Source: Candidatus Lindowbacteria bacterium RIFCSPLOWO2_12_FULL_62_27 (GTDB taxonomy: Bacteria; Lindowbacteria; 2-12-FULL-62-27). From it: 64,000 nucleotides of DNA. Numbering within the stretch: the first letter of the stretch is position 1; each line of letters starts with the position of its first letter. The translations under genes and the position numbers were made by a program. The stretch covers positions 44,955-108,954 of the forward strand of contig MFPR01000040.1 of the NCBI GenBank assembly GCA_001784175.1. The letters run 5' to 3'. Shown one piece after another: positions 47,601 to 56,560 of this stretch. The notes beneath the pieces are model-generated. The model saw nothing but the letters and a program-made list of their open reading frames with translations, was not told the origin of the DNA and searched no databases.

Positions 47601-48329
47601 TTTGACTTGGGCGCGGCGCTGACGGCGGGCAACGCGGGTCAGATCAAGGACGTGCTCCGGTCGGCTCTGACGTTCTCGCGACCGGAAGTGACGACCGTGG
47701 TGGAAGGCCAGAGCGTGATGGTGTCGATTCAAGTGTCCTCGCCCGTCGTGGATCTTCTGACGAAGACTGAAGTGTCCCTGCCGGCGCAGGTCGCCGTGGT
47801 GAACACTTCGGCCGGCGCGGACTTGGGCGAGGCCGGCAAGATCAAGTGGCTGGTGACGGTGGCGGCGGGCGGGGGCGCGAATCTTATGTTCACCGTGAAA
47901 TTCCCGGACGGCGACCGCTCGGCAGCGGCCTTCACGACCACCGTTTCCTACTTCGTGCGCGGCCGGTTCTATCCGGTCTCGAATTCGTTTATCGTTGTCG
48001 TCGACGGCGGCGACGTGGACGCGCTCGTTCAGGCCGCCTCGGCGGACATTTCGGCGTTGGCGGTGAGCGGCAAGAAGGACCGCCATTACCAGGAAAAGGC
48101 CGTTCGGGAGCTGGCCCGGATCAAGGACCGCCATCTGGACGGGGCCGGAAAAGTCCGCGACGCGCTCAGGAACTGGAAGGACGCCGTGTACGGCAACCTC
48201 CTGCGGATCGAGACGGCGGACCCCGCCGCTTTGAGCGCGATCCGCGACCGGCTGACGACCCTGATGCTGGTGCTGGAGCGGAAGTTCGTGACAGCCGCCG
48301 CCACCCATGGAGACCTGGCGAGCAACTGA
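44667..48329 (+). CDS. Large exported F5/8 + four Ig-like (Big) repeats + further Ig and uncharacterised domains; surface glycan-binding protein
   Basis: RBS AAGGAG; signal peptide; F5/8 NLALNK...AVDGNSGTRWSS; ~98-aa repeats APVVNxTSAWSN...ARDAAGNWS. Confidence 0.75.
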   Translation: MMKALSTTRYPEIRWATIGLVSALILSCWFCIAYASPNLALNKSVTVSSAEGGNVGSNAVDGNSGTRWSSDFRDPQWIRVDLGSTAAVNRVVLNWEAAYGREYRIQASSNGVDFTDILYINNGDGGFDDLGFAPVQTRYVRLYGIARGTPWGYSLWELEVYVDDESPAAPVVNATSAWSNIEMEARTISGTVEPNATVIPYVEVFGSSYEQTNVQAGGDGNWSAPVNIWGPDGTEFKVYAAARDAAGNWSGRSNEQIIRKDLSAPAAPVVNVTSAWSNVEQEARTISGTAEANATVIPYVEVFGSSYEQTNAQAGPDGTWSATVNIWGPHGTEFKVYAAARDAAGHWSGRSSDQTIRKDLLAPATPLLYPMSPWSTTENEVRIISGRAEPYTTIVPYVSVLGNGTFEQTSVRADTSGSWLATVNLFGPDASEFDIYVQALDDAGNASPRSNLDHVRKDVSAPAAPEVFATSEWSNIENEARTISGVTEPYATVAPFVEVVGIGTWEQANVAADAFGAWSASVNIWGPDATEFHIYGVAKDAAGNVGPRSNALTVRKDLVAPVITIDAVESPTDQDVTLRYTVVDANPTAVTGDNSPYTAEGEHTATLTATDAAGNSSSASITFVIHRAPPPPVDGAAPVTTLSIDLINESTKTAISQSLVTLSAEDAAGEGASGVAAIEFRFDDGAFLNYAGAFTLEGLALGAHTLEYRSRDVAGNVETAHRLEFSVADALAISRQTNEGIAPNLLVWLNYREGKGSNSGKLFADGEDEVDVALLDQVLADAGALSVTKVVSRQDYVKALRSGDYNAYLILGNRSNSKNAGTYDEELRERVRRGEAVVASFWRSGRLADARVEGRSVWGALVRDGKTGKRDLTATFFGGNLVADTLSIQADGKTRRVSLSAKDQSPDVSVIGVVDCGAGAPDDECEDPDGGDDDECGDDDGCGDDGPEIQNPKSKIQNLNQSVAVSNSYHQGRAVYVPFDLGAALTAGNAGQIKDVLRSALTFSRPEVTTVVEGQSVMVSIQVSSPVVDLLTKTEVSLPAQVAVVNTSAGADLGEAGKIKWLVTVAAGGGANLMFTVKFPDGDRSAAAFTTTVSYFVRGRFYPVSNSFIVVVDGGDVDALVQAASADISALAVSGKKDRHYQEKAVRELARIKDRHLDGAGKVRDALRNWKDAVYGNLLRIETADPAALSAIRDRLTTLMLVLERKFVTAAATHGDLASN
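45171..46350 (+). repeat. Four tandem ~294-bp Ig-domain repeats
   Basis: Units 1 (45171) and 2 (45465) are near-identical at DNA level; units 3 and 4 are more diverged. Confidence 0.85.
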
Positions 48330-48365
48330 CATGGCATGATTCGGAACACTTATTTGTCCACGACC

Positions 48366-48410
48366 CAACCTCTGTCCCTAGCCCTCCAAGGGACAGGGGT
48401 TGAATTTTTT
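48366..48410 (+). terminator. Intrinsic terminator
   Basis: CAACCTCTGTCCCT / AGGGACAGGGGTTG stem followed by AATTTTTT. Confidence 0.6.
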
Positions 48411-48458
48411 ATCCGCGGATGCGTCACTGCCGGCGTGGAGAGACGAAAAAGACGAAAA

Positions 48459-48571
48459 GGGGCCGGGTATTGACTAAAGTGACTTATTTCAGGCTGGAAC
48501 AAGTCAATAAAGTCAATACCCGGCCCCATATGCGGCCCCCGTATGCGGCCCCGTATGCCCCGGCCCGTATG
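48459..48571. repeat. 17-bp perfect inverted repeat followed by four tandem CGGCCCC(G/A)TATG-like units
   Basis: GGGGCCGGGTATTGACT (48459-48475) pairs with AGTCAATACCCGGCCCC (48511-48527); tandem units span 48521-48571. Confidence 0.7.
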
Positions 48572-49981
48572 CGTGTGAAACGCCTATTATATTTCTGGTT
48601 TCTGTTCACCGTCATTGTCTGGTCTGCGTCCCAGGAAGCACTGGGACTTTCGGTCGGATTCACCGCACCGGAATTTTCCGCCGATGATCTTTATGGCCGG
48701 CCCCTGAAACTCTCGGATCACCGGGGCAAGTGGATATTTCTGGATTTCTGGGCAACCTGGTGCGGTCCCTGCCGATCGGAGACGCCGCATCTGATGGATG
48801 CGTATCGCCAGTATCATGGGCATCCGATTGAATTTGTTTCGGTGAGCCTTGACAACGACAAGGAGGAGTTGATCCGGTACACACAGGAACTTGGTTTGCC
48901 CTTCCGGCAGATTTTTTCCGGCAAGGGTTGGAATGATCCCATCTCCAGACTCTACGGCGTGCGGGCCATCCCCGAAAATTTTCTGATCGATCCAACCGGC
49001 CGAATTCTGGCGATGAGTCTGAGGGGTGGAGCTCTTCAGGAAAAGCTCAGAGACATTTTTTCATCCGCCAAGCCCGTCAAACGATCCCAGCCGGAACTTG
49101 AGATTCCGCCGAGCGGCGCGCTTGAGGTTCTCGACCGGGAAAGGGCCCTTTTAAAGGGAGACCTCCAAGTCAGCGCGTCCCGCGAAGTGGACGAGCGCGG
49201 GATGCTGACGGTGGAAGACCGGCAGATACAGTTGCCCGGCGGAGCATTCATTTCGAATCCCGGGCCGGAACTGCCCGAATCCGAGCAGGAATTTCTGGCA
49301 AGATCGCAATTGACAGAAATGCCGCCGAGTCCATTTGGAGGGATATGGGTGTACATTAAAACACCCCATCAACCGACGTTTACCCTGCATGCCTTCGATG
49401 CCGAAGGCGCGCTGAGATTCAGTTATCATGTCTCGCCGATTTCGAAGCCGGTCTGGTATGACCGGGTCGAAGGCGATTTGGTTCTGGGCTCGGCCCGTGA
49501 CAATCTCCTTTGGACGCCGCCGTGGGAGCAACCGGGTCTGGGCGTTGTGATCGCCCGCGCGCTGCGAAAACAAACCAACTCGGATGTGGGCCTCTATCCG
49601 GCACTGGCCATCCGGGGAAACATTCCCAAAGGAGATGTCCGGCGCTCTCATCTCGAGGATGCAATCGTCGGATCAGATTCCGTGGTTGTATTATTCATGA
49701 AGGGTACCATTCTAACGAACCTTTTGAGCCAAGCGCACTCGAATGAGAACTGGGTTCATGTATCGGGCGCATCGGTTGAATCTCGAGAGATGGGACCGGG
49801 GATGCCTTTGATGACCACCCGTCTCGAAGATGGAACGATGGCAGGTCTTTCGAAATCCTATACCGTCGCGGCCCCGGCTTGCATGGCGGCAACAATAAAG
49901 GCGGCCACCGTAAAATGGGTCGGATCAAACGTAGTGGAAACCGTGTCCAATTACGTCTCTTCGGTCAGGCAAATCCCGTGA
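48569..49981 (+). CDS. Exported TlpA-family redoxin fused to a 5'-nucleotidase C-terminal-like domain
   Basis: Start moved to ATG 48569 (signal peptide); DFWATWCGPC; GLGVVIARALRKQTNSDVGL...AIRGNIPKGDV...MKGTILTNLL. Confidence 0.65.
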   Translation: MRVKRLLYFWFLFTVIVWSASQEALGLSVGFTAPEFSADDLYGRPLKLSDHRGKWIFLDFWATWCGPCRSETPHLMDAYRQYHGHPIEFVSVSLDNDKEELIRYTQELGLPFRQIFSGKGWNDPISRLYGVRAIPENFLIDPTGRILAMSLRGGALQEKLRDIFSSAKPVKRSQPELEIPPSGALEVLDRERALLKGDLQVSASREVDERGMLTVEDRQIQLPGGAFISNPGPELPESEQEFLARSQLTEMPPSPFGGIWVYIKTPHQPTFTLHAFDAEGALRFSYHVSPISKPVWYDRVEGDLVLGSARDNLLWTPPWEQPGLGVVIARALRKQTNSDVGLYPALAIRGNIPKGDVRRSHLEDAIVGSDSVVVLFMKGTILTNLLSQAHSNENWVHVSGASVESREMGPGMPLMTTRLEDGTMAGLSKSYTVAAPACMAATIKAATVKWVGSNVVETVSNYVSSVRQIP

Positions 49982-52900
49982 TCGCCTTTTTGAGAAGCGC
50001 GTGTATTGGCATCCTGATCTGGTGGTCCTGCGTTTCGGAGTGTGTGCACGCGCAGGTGACCGCGACGGCGTCGAGCGAGGACAACGCCGAACTCGCGGCG
50101 GACCGTGCTGTCGACGGGAACGTGCAGACCCGGTGGTCGAGCAAGTTCGAGGACAAGCAGTGGCTGGAGATCGATCTCGGAGAGGCCCGGGACATTTCCG
50201 GACTGTACATTTTCTGGGAAGCCGCGTACGCGAAGGAATATGATGTTCAGGTTTCGACTGACCGGGCGGACTGGAGTACCGTCCATTCGACGCGGGACGG
50301 CCGGGGCGGGACCGACAAGCTTTTTTTCTCAGGCCGGCCGGTCCGTTACGTCAAGATCGACTGCCTGAAGCGTGGCACGGACTGGGGGAACTCGATCTAT
50401 GAAGTCCAGTTCAGGTCCGCCGAGCCTGCCGCCGCGGGTGGCGCGGGGGGGATGCGTCTTCTCGAGGATTTCGAATCGACCGACGGCTGGGCCGAGATCA
50501 AATCCCAGGGCGCGGAGTTTCGCCTGTCGACCGAGCGCGGGCCCGAGGATAAAGCGCTTGGACTGAACTTCGAGTTTCCTTCACCGCTCGGCTACGTCGT
50601 GGCGGGCAAGGACGTGGACCTGTCCCTTCCGGAGGATTACAAGCTGTCGTTTCTCGTCAAGGGCGAAGGCCCGCCGAACACGATCGAGTTCAAGCTGATG
50701 GACGAGGCCGGCAACACCTACTGGAAGAAATTCGAGGAATTTGAATTTCCGCCGGACTGGAAAGAAATATCGGTCCGGAAAAAACAGGTTGTCTTTGCGT
50801 GGGGTCCGTCCGGCGGCGGGTCCATCCGGGACGTCCGGCGGATTGAATTCGGCGTTTCGTGCGGCCAAGGCGGTAAGGGCCGGCTCCTGATCGACAAGCT
50901 GTCGATCACGGATGTCTCCGCGTCGAAAACGCGCTTTTCCCCGAGCGTGACCGCATCGACGTCCGAGAAAGACGAATTTAGCGCGGCGCGCGCGGTCGAC
51001 GGCGACCGAGGCACGCGGTGGTCGAGTTTGTTCGAGGACGGCCAGTGGCTGGAGCTGGACTTGGGCGAGGTGCGGGAATTCGTCGGGCTGACCATTCACT
51101 GGGAAGCGGCGCACGCGAAGGAGTACGATGTATCGATATCGACCGACCGCGAGAGCTGGACGCGCGTGTATACGACGGACGCAAGCGAGGGTGGCGTGGC
51201 GGACCTGTATTTCAAAAAGCGGACGGCGCGGTACATCCGGATCGACTGTCGCAAGCGCGCGACAGGGTGGGGGAACTCGATCTGGGAGGTAGAGCTGAAG
51301 GGGCCGGAGGAGGAAGTGCGGCTGAGCGCGTCGTCGTCGGATGATCTGGCCGAAAACGCGCTGGACGGCGACCTGACCACGGCGTGGAGCAGCGGGCCGT
51401 CCGACAGCGCCTGGATTATGTGCGATCTGGGCCGGCCGCGCGACATCGGGGCCGTCTTTATCTCGTGGTCCGAGGATTTTGCGCGTTCCTATGACGTGTA
51501 TTTTTCCCGGGACCTTGCGCAATGGGACCGCCGGTTTTCGAGCCGGCGTGGCAACGGCGGCCGCGACCGGCTGGTGTTCAAAGATCTGGAGGCGAGGTAC
51601 GTCATGATCCACGGGCAGGAAGGCGCGGGCGGGCGGGGAATCGGGGTCCGCGAGATCGAGGTGAAGGGATCGGAGTATTCCGGCGACCGCAACACCTTTT
51701 ACGAGATCGCGGCCGAAGAGGCGCCGCGCGGATTTTATCCGAAGTATTTTTCCAAACAGCAATCCTACTGGACGGTCGTCGGCGTGAGCGAGGACAAGGA
51801 GGAGGCGCTGATCAACGAAGAGGGCGCGTTCGAAGTCGGGCGGGAGCAGTTTTCGGTGGAGCCGTTTGTGTACGTGAACGATCGGCTGATCACTTGGGCG
51901 GACGTCACGGCGTCGCAGTCGCTTGAAAAAGACTATCTGCCGATCCCGTCTGTTCAGTGGACGCATCCGGAGGTCGGGTTGACCGTCCAACTGTTCGCGC
52001 ATGGCCCGCCCGGCGGGTCTTCGATGTATGCCGGCTATCGGGTGAGCAATCCGACCGAAGAGAGGCTTCAGGGGAAACTCTTTCTGGCCATTCGGCCGTT
52101 TCAGGTCAACCCTCCGTGGCAGACGCTGAACCAGAAGGGAGGCGTGGCGATAATATCCAGTATCGAGTATGGCGGCGGCGCCGTGTCCGTCAACGGCGGA
52201 AAAAAAGTGATTCCGCTGGTTCGACCGGCAGGGTTCGGCGCGGTCTCGTCCGCGTCCGGTGATGTTACGGATTATCTGCAGAACGGCCGGGTGCCACCGG
52301 AAGGGTCGGTCACCGATGGGGATGCTCTGGCATCGGGCGCGTTGGAATTTCCGTTCGATCTCGGCGCCGGCGAATCGGCGTGGGTTTATCTGGCCGTTCC
52401 GTTTCATGACCGCATGCCGGCCGGCATCGGAGACGCTGGCCCGGCCGCAAGTCCAAACATGGAGGTGGACCGCGCGAGAGAATTGTATGAGAAGCGCCTG
52501 GCGGAAACGGCGGGCTGGTGGGACGACCGGCTGAGCCGGGTGACGTTCAAGGTTCCGGAGAAAGCGCAAAAATTCGTGAACGCGCTGAAATCCAATCTCG
52601 CCTACATTTTCATCAACCGGGACGGCTACCGGATCCAGCCGGGGTCGAGGTCCTACCTGCGGTCGTGGATCCGGGACGGGGCGATGACGTCGTCGGCGAT
52701 TTTGCGGATGGGAAACATCCAGGAGGTGCGGGAGTATCTCTCGTGGTATGCGCCCAACCTGTTCGAAGACGGCCGTGTCCCCTGCGTGGTGGACGACCGG
52801 GGCGCGGACGGCACGCCGGAGAACGACTCGAACGGCGAGTTCATCTACGGATTTTTGCAGTACTATTATTTCACGCAGGACAAGGCGTTCCTGAGGGAGC

Positions 52901-54009
52901 ATTTCCCGAGCCTCCGGAAAGCCGCGGATTTCATCATTCAGATGCGGAATCAGCGAAAGACCGACGAATACAAAAACGGCGGGCCCGAAAAGCGGATGCT
53001 GTACGGGCTGGTGCCGGAATCGATCAGCCACGAAGGTTATTCGGCCAAGCCGGCCCATTCGCACTGGGACAATTTCTTTTCGCTGAAGGGCCTGAAGGAC
53101 GCCGCGACGATCTGCGAGATTCTCGGGGAATCCGACATGGCCGCGAGCTACCGGCGGGAGGTCGACGATTACCGGGCGTGCCTGTACGACTCGATCCGCC
53201 GATCGATGGAATTTTTCAAGACCGATTTCATTCCGGGCGCGGCCGATCTCGGAGACTTTGACGCGACGTCGACGTCGATCGGTGTTTTCCCCTGCGGCGA
53301 GCTTGGCCACATTCCGCAGGAGGCGTTGATACGCACATTCGACAAATACTACGCCGATCTCGAAAAGCGCCTGATCCCGGGAAACAACTGGGGCGAGGCC
53401 TACACGCCGTATGAAATCCGAAGCTGCCGGACGTTCATGATCATGGGGCAGAAGGATCGCGCGGCCGTCATGTTCGACTTTTTCTTCAACGACTGCCGCC
53501 CGCGCGCGTGGAACCACTGGGCCGAGGTCGTCTGGCGCCTTCCGGAGACGCCGCGGTTCATCGGCGACATGCCGCACACGTGGATCGGGTCGGACTACAT
53601 GAACACGGTCCGGAGCATGTTCGTGTATGAGCAGGAGGAGGACCGCTCATTGATTTTGGGCGCCGGGATTTTCGAGGATTGGCTGGACGGCGGGGAGGAA
53701 GTCGGCATCGAACGGGCGCCGACGTACTGGGGATCGGTGAACTTCTCCATGAAGCGCGCCGGCGATCAGACGCTCCTCGTGCGGGTCTGGGGGGACGCTG
53801 CGCCGCCAGGGAAGATCTACGTCCGCCCGCCGCTCAAGGCGCCGATCCGGTCGGTGAAGATCGACCAAACGCCGGCTGGTGAGGTGGCGTATGAGCCGCC
53901 GCGTACGGATTCAAAGGATTGTGCGTCGTGTCCGAAGGGAAGCGGGACGTGGGCGTCAGCCGGGATCCGGGTGGATCAACTGCCGGCGGATATCCAGATC
54001 AATTATTAA
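49978..54009 (+). CDS. Exported three F5/8 + CBM11-like + unassigned (alpha/alpha)6 glycoside hydrolase-like protein
   Basis: GTG 49978 overlaps the previous TGA; IQPGSRSYLRSWIRDGAM, PENDSNGE, SISHEGY, YTPYE, WNHWAEV and GDMPHTW. Confidence 0.75.
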   Translation: MIAFLRSACIGILIWWSCVSECVHAQVTATASSEDNAELAADRAVDGNVQTRWSSKFEDKQWLEIDLGEARDISGLYIFWEAAYAKEYDVQVSTDRADWSTVHSTRDGRGGTDKLFFSGRPVRYVKIDCLKRGTDWGNSIYEVQFRSAEPAAAGGAGGMRLLEDFESTDGWAEIKSQGAEFRLSTERGPEDKALGLNFEFPSPLGYVVAGKDVDLSLPEDYKLSFLVKGEGPPNTIEFKLMDEAGNTYWKKFEEFEFPPDWKEISVRKKQVVFAWGPSGGGSIRDVRRIEFGVSCGQGGKGRLLIDKLSITDVSASKTRFSPSVTASTSEKDEFSAARAVDGDRGTRWSSLFEDGQWLELDLGEVREFVGLTIHWEAAHAKEYDVSISTDRESWTRVYTTDASEGGVADLYFKKRTARYIRIDCRKRATGWGNSIWEVELKGPEEEVRLSASSSDDLAENALDGDLTTAWSSGPSDSAWIMCDLGRPRDIGAVFISWSEDFARSYDVYFSRDLAQWDRRFSSRRGNGGRDRLVFKDLEARYVMIHGQEGAGGRGIGVREIEVKGSEYSGDRNTFYEIAAEEAPRGFYPKYFSKQQSYWTVVGVSEDKEEALINEEGAFEVGREQFSVEPFVYVNDRLITWADVTASQSLEKDYLPIPSVQWTHPEVGLTVQLFAHGPPGGSSMYAGYRVSNPTEERLQGKLFLAIRPFQVNPPWQTLNQKGGVAIISSIEYGGGAVSVNGGKKVIPLVRPAGFGAVSSASGDVTDYLQNGRVPPEGSVTDGDALASGALEFPFDLGAGESAWVYLAVPFHDRMPAGIGDAGPAASPNMEVDRARELYEKRLAETAGWWDDRLSRVTFKVPEKAQKFVNALKSNLAYIFINRDGYRIQPGSRSYLRSWIRDGAMTSSAILRMGNIQEVREYLSWYAPNLFEDGRVPCVVDDRGADGTPENDSNGEFIYGFLQYYYFTQDKAFLREHFPSLRKAADFIIQMRNQRKTDEYKNGGPEKRMLYGLVPESISHEGYSAKPAHSHWDNFFSLKGLKDAATICEILGESDMAASYRREVDDYRACLYDSIRRSMEFFKTDFIPGAADLGDFDATSTSIGVFPCGELGHIPQEALIRTFDKYYADLEKRLIPGNNWGEAYTPYEIRSCRTFMIMGQKDRAAVMFDFFFNDCRPRAWNHWAEVVWRLPETPRFIGDMPHTWIGSDYMNTVRSMFVYEQEEDRSLILGAGIFEDWLDGGEEVGIERAPTYWGSVNFSMKRAGDQTLLVRVWGDAAPPGKIYVRPPLKAPIRSVKIDQTPAGEVAYEPPRTDSKDCASCPKGSGTWASAGIRVDQLPADIQINY

Positions 54010-56552
54010 TGTTCCGGCGATTCTTCCCGATCGGTATGGTCCTGTTTTCGATCGTTTTTCCGCGCACCGACCTCCCGGCGGCACCGGCCGGTGTTACCCC
54101 CAGCGTGGCGGCCTCCAGTTACCGCAATCCGAAAGTCGACGTCGAATCCCGCGTCTCCGATCTTCTGGCGCGCATGACACTCGAGGAAAAAGTCAGCCTG
54201 CTTGCCGGAAGCGGGCGCGAGAACGGATTCAACACGCGAGCCATCGAACGGCTCGGCATCCCGGAACTCAAGATGACGGACGGACCGCAGGGAGTTCGAT
54301 GGGAGAGCGCGGTGGCCTTCCCGTCCGGAATCGCCATGGCTTCCACGTGGGACCCAGGTCTCGTCCGGCGTCTCGGAGTTGCGCTCGCGGAGGAGACGAA
54401 AGGCCGCGGTCGGCATGTCCTTCTCGGGCCGTGCGTCAACATTCACAGGCTTCCCCTCGGCGGGCGGAACTTCGAGAGTTTCGGAGAGGACCCGTATCTT
54501 GCGGCGCGGATTGCCGTGGGATACATCGGTGGCGTGCAGAGCAAGGGCGTCGTTGCCACCGTCAAGCACTTTGCGTGCAACAATCAGGAACATTCCCGCG
54601 GGGAGGTCGACGTCACCCTCTCCGAACGCGCGCTTCACGAAATTTATTTTCCCGCGTTCCGGGCGTCGATTGAGGAAGCCGGATGCTGGGCCGTCATGTC
54701 CGCATACAACAAGGTCAACACATTCTGGTGCGCGGAGAATGAATATCTCCTGCATCAGACGCTCAAGATGCGCTGGAAGTTCCGCGGCCTCGTCATGTCC
54801 GACTGGGGCGGCGTGCACAGCACCGCCCCGACGCTGAACGCCGGACTCGACATCGAAATGCCGGCCGGCCGAAACCTCGACCACAAGGTCATCGACGAAA
54901 TACGTAATGGCGTCATCGCCGCGTCGGCTGTCGACGACGCCGTTCGGCGGACGCTCCGCGTGATCTTTTCAATCGGCCTCTTCGATCAGCCCATCGAATC
55001 GGACAATTCGCAGGTCAACAGCAAGGCGCACCGTGAAATTGCCCGGCGCGTGGCGGAGGACGGGCTCGTGCTTCTCAAGAACGACGGCGCGGCGCTGCCG
55101 CTGGAGGCCGGCGCGGTGGAACGTATCGCAGTCATCGGCCCGAACGCCGCGCAACTTCGGTTTCACGGCGGCGGAAGCGGCCATGCCGAGCCTGTGCAGA
55201 CGGTTTCACCCCTGGACGGCATCCGGGCGCTGGCCGGGCGCAAGACGGAGGTCATCTATGCTCCAGGGACGATGATGGAAAACGAAATCGATCCGATCGA
55301 ACCGGAACATCTGTCACCGCCGGCCGGCGGCGGCGCGCGCGGGATTCGAGCGGAGTACTTCGCCAACCAGACTATGGAGGGGAAACCCGCGCTCGTCCGC
55401 ATCGATCCGCAAATCAACTTCAACTGGGGCGGCGGATCGCCTGCGCCGGAGATTCCCGTCGATCATTTTTCCGCGCGCTGGGCCGGAAATCTGACGCCGA
55501 CCGAGAGCGGCGAGTATGAGATTGTCGCGAGCAGTGACGACGGGATTCGCGTGTTTCTCGACGGGAAAAAAATTCTCGACATCTGGCGCGACCACGCGGA
55601 AGAGGCCGCGCGCGCCCGTGTTTCCCTCACGGCCGGCCGGCGATATGCGGTACGGGTGGAATACTACGAGAACGGGGGCGGCGCGATTGCGCGTCTGGGA
55701 TGGAACCGGATCGAGGATGTCACGAACCGTCTTGAAGCGGCGGTGCAGGCCGCAAAGGATGCGGACGTTGCGATTGTCTTCGCGGGTCTCACCGAACGCC
55801 ACGAGACGGAGGGCAGGGACCGCGACACGCTCGCTCTACCCGCGGGCCAGGACGAACTCATTGTTGCGGTTTCACGGGCGAATCCAAAGACGATCGTTGT
55901 CCTGAACAACGGCGGGCCGCTTCTGATGGACCGCTGGCTCGACAAGGCCGCCGCCGTGGTTGAGGCGTGGTATCCGGGGCAGGAGGGCGGCGCGGCCGTC
56001 GCCCATGTTCTTTTCGGCCGTGTCAATCCGTCAGGGAAACTCCCGATGACGATGCCGAGAAGCTGGGAATCGTCGCCGGCCTATGGAAATTATCCCGGAG
56101 AAAACCTGCGCGTGGAATACGCCGAAGGCATCTACGTCGGCTACCGATACTTCGACGCAAAACATCTCGAACCTCTTTTCCCCTTCGGCCATGGCCTCTC
56201 CTACACGTCCTTCGAGTACAGCAATCTGACAGTCGCGCCCGGCAAGACGGTGAAGGTTTCCTTCGATATTAAGAACACGGGGAAGCGTGAAGGCGCGGAG
56301 GTGGCGCAGGTCTATGTTGCCGAGGATTCGCCGCGCATCGACCGGCCGCCGAAGGAACTCAAGGCATTTCGAAAAATCGCTCTCGCGCCCGGGAAGAAGA
56401 CGCGCGTAGAAATCGATCTGGGGCGTGACGCGTTTTCCTATTTCGATCCCGTCCAGAGGGACTGGGACGCCGCAGCGGGAATGTTCACGATTCTCGTAGG
56501 CAGTTCGTCCAAAGACATCCGGCTTCAACAGAAAGTCGAGTACATGCCCTGA
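54009..56552 (+). CDS. Exported GH3 beta-glucosidase with a PA14 insert and FN3 C-terminus
   Basis: TAATG overlap; MTDGPQGVR, GGRNFESFGEDP, KHFACN, nucleophile motif VMSDWGG, EGRDR and FPFGHGLSYT. Confidence 0.92.
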   Translation: MFRRFFPIGMVLFSIVFPRTDLPAAPAGVTPSVAASSYRNPKVDVESRVSDLLARMTLEEKVSLLAGSGRENGFNTRAIERLGIPELKMTDGPQGVRWESAVAFPSGIAMASTWDPGLVRRLGVALAEETKGRGRHVLLGPCVNIHRLPLGGRNFESFGEDPYLAARIAVGYIGGVQSKGVVATVKHFACNNQEHSRGEVDVTLSERALHEIYFPAFRASIEEAGCWAVMSAYNKVNTFWCAENEYLLHQTLKMRWKFRGLVMSDWGGVHSTAPTLNAGLDIEMPAGRNLDHKVIDEIRNGVIAASAVDDAVRRTLRVIFSIGLFDQPIESDNSQVNSKAHREIARRVAEDGLVLLKNDGAALPLEAGAVERIAVIGPNAAQLRFHGGGSGHAEPVQTVSPLDGIRALAGRKTEVIYAPGTMMENEIDPIEPEHLSPPAGGGARGIRAEYFANQTMEGKPALVRIDPQINFNWGGGSPAPEIPVDHFSARWAGNLTPTESGEYEIVASSDDGIRVFLDGKKILDIWRDHAEEAARARVSLTAGRRYAVRVEYYENGGGAIARLGWNRIEDVTNRLEAAVQAAKDADVAIVFAGLTERHETEGRDRDTLALPAGQDELIVAVSRANPKTIVVLNNGGPLLMDRWLDKAAAVVEAWYPGQEGGAAVAHVLFGRVNPSGKLPMTMPRSWESSPAYGNYPGENLRVEYAEGIYVGYRYFDAKHLEPLFPFGHGLSYTSFEYSNLTVAPGKTVKVSFDIKNTGKREGAEVAQVYVAEDSPRIDRPPKELKAFRKIALAPGKKTRVEIDLGRDAFSYFDPVQRDWDAAAGMFTILVGSSSKDIRLQQKVEYMP

Positions 56553-56560
56553 TCCGGGGA

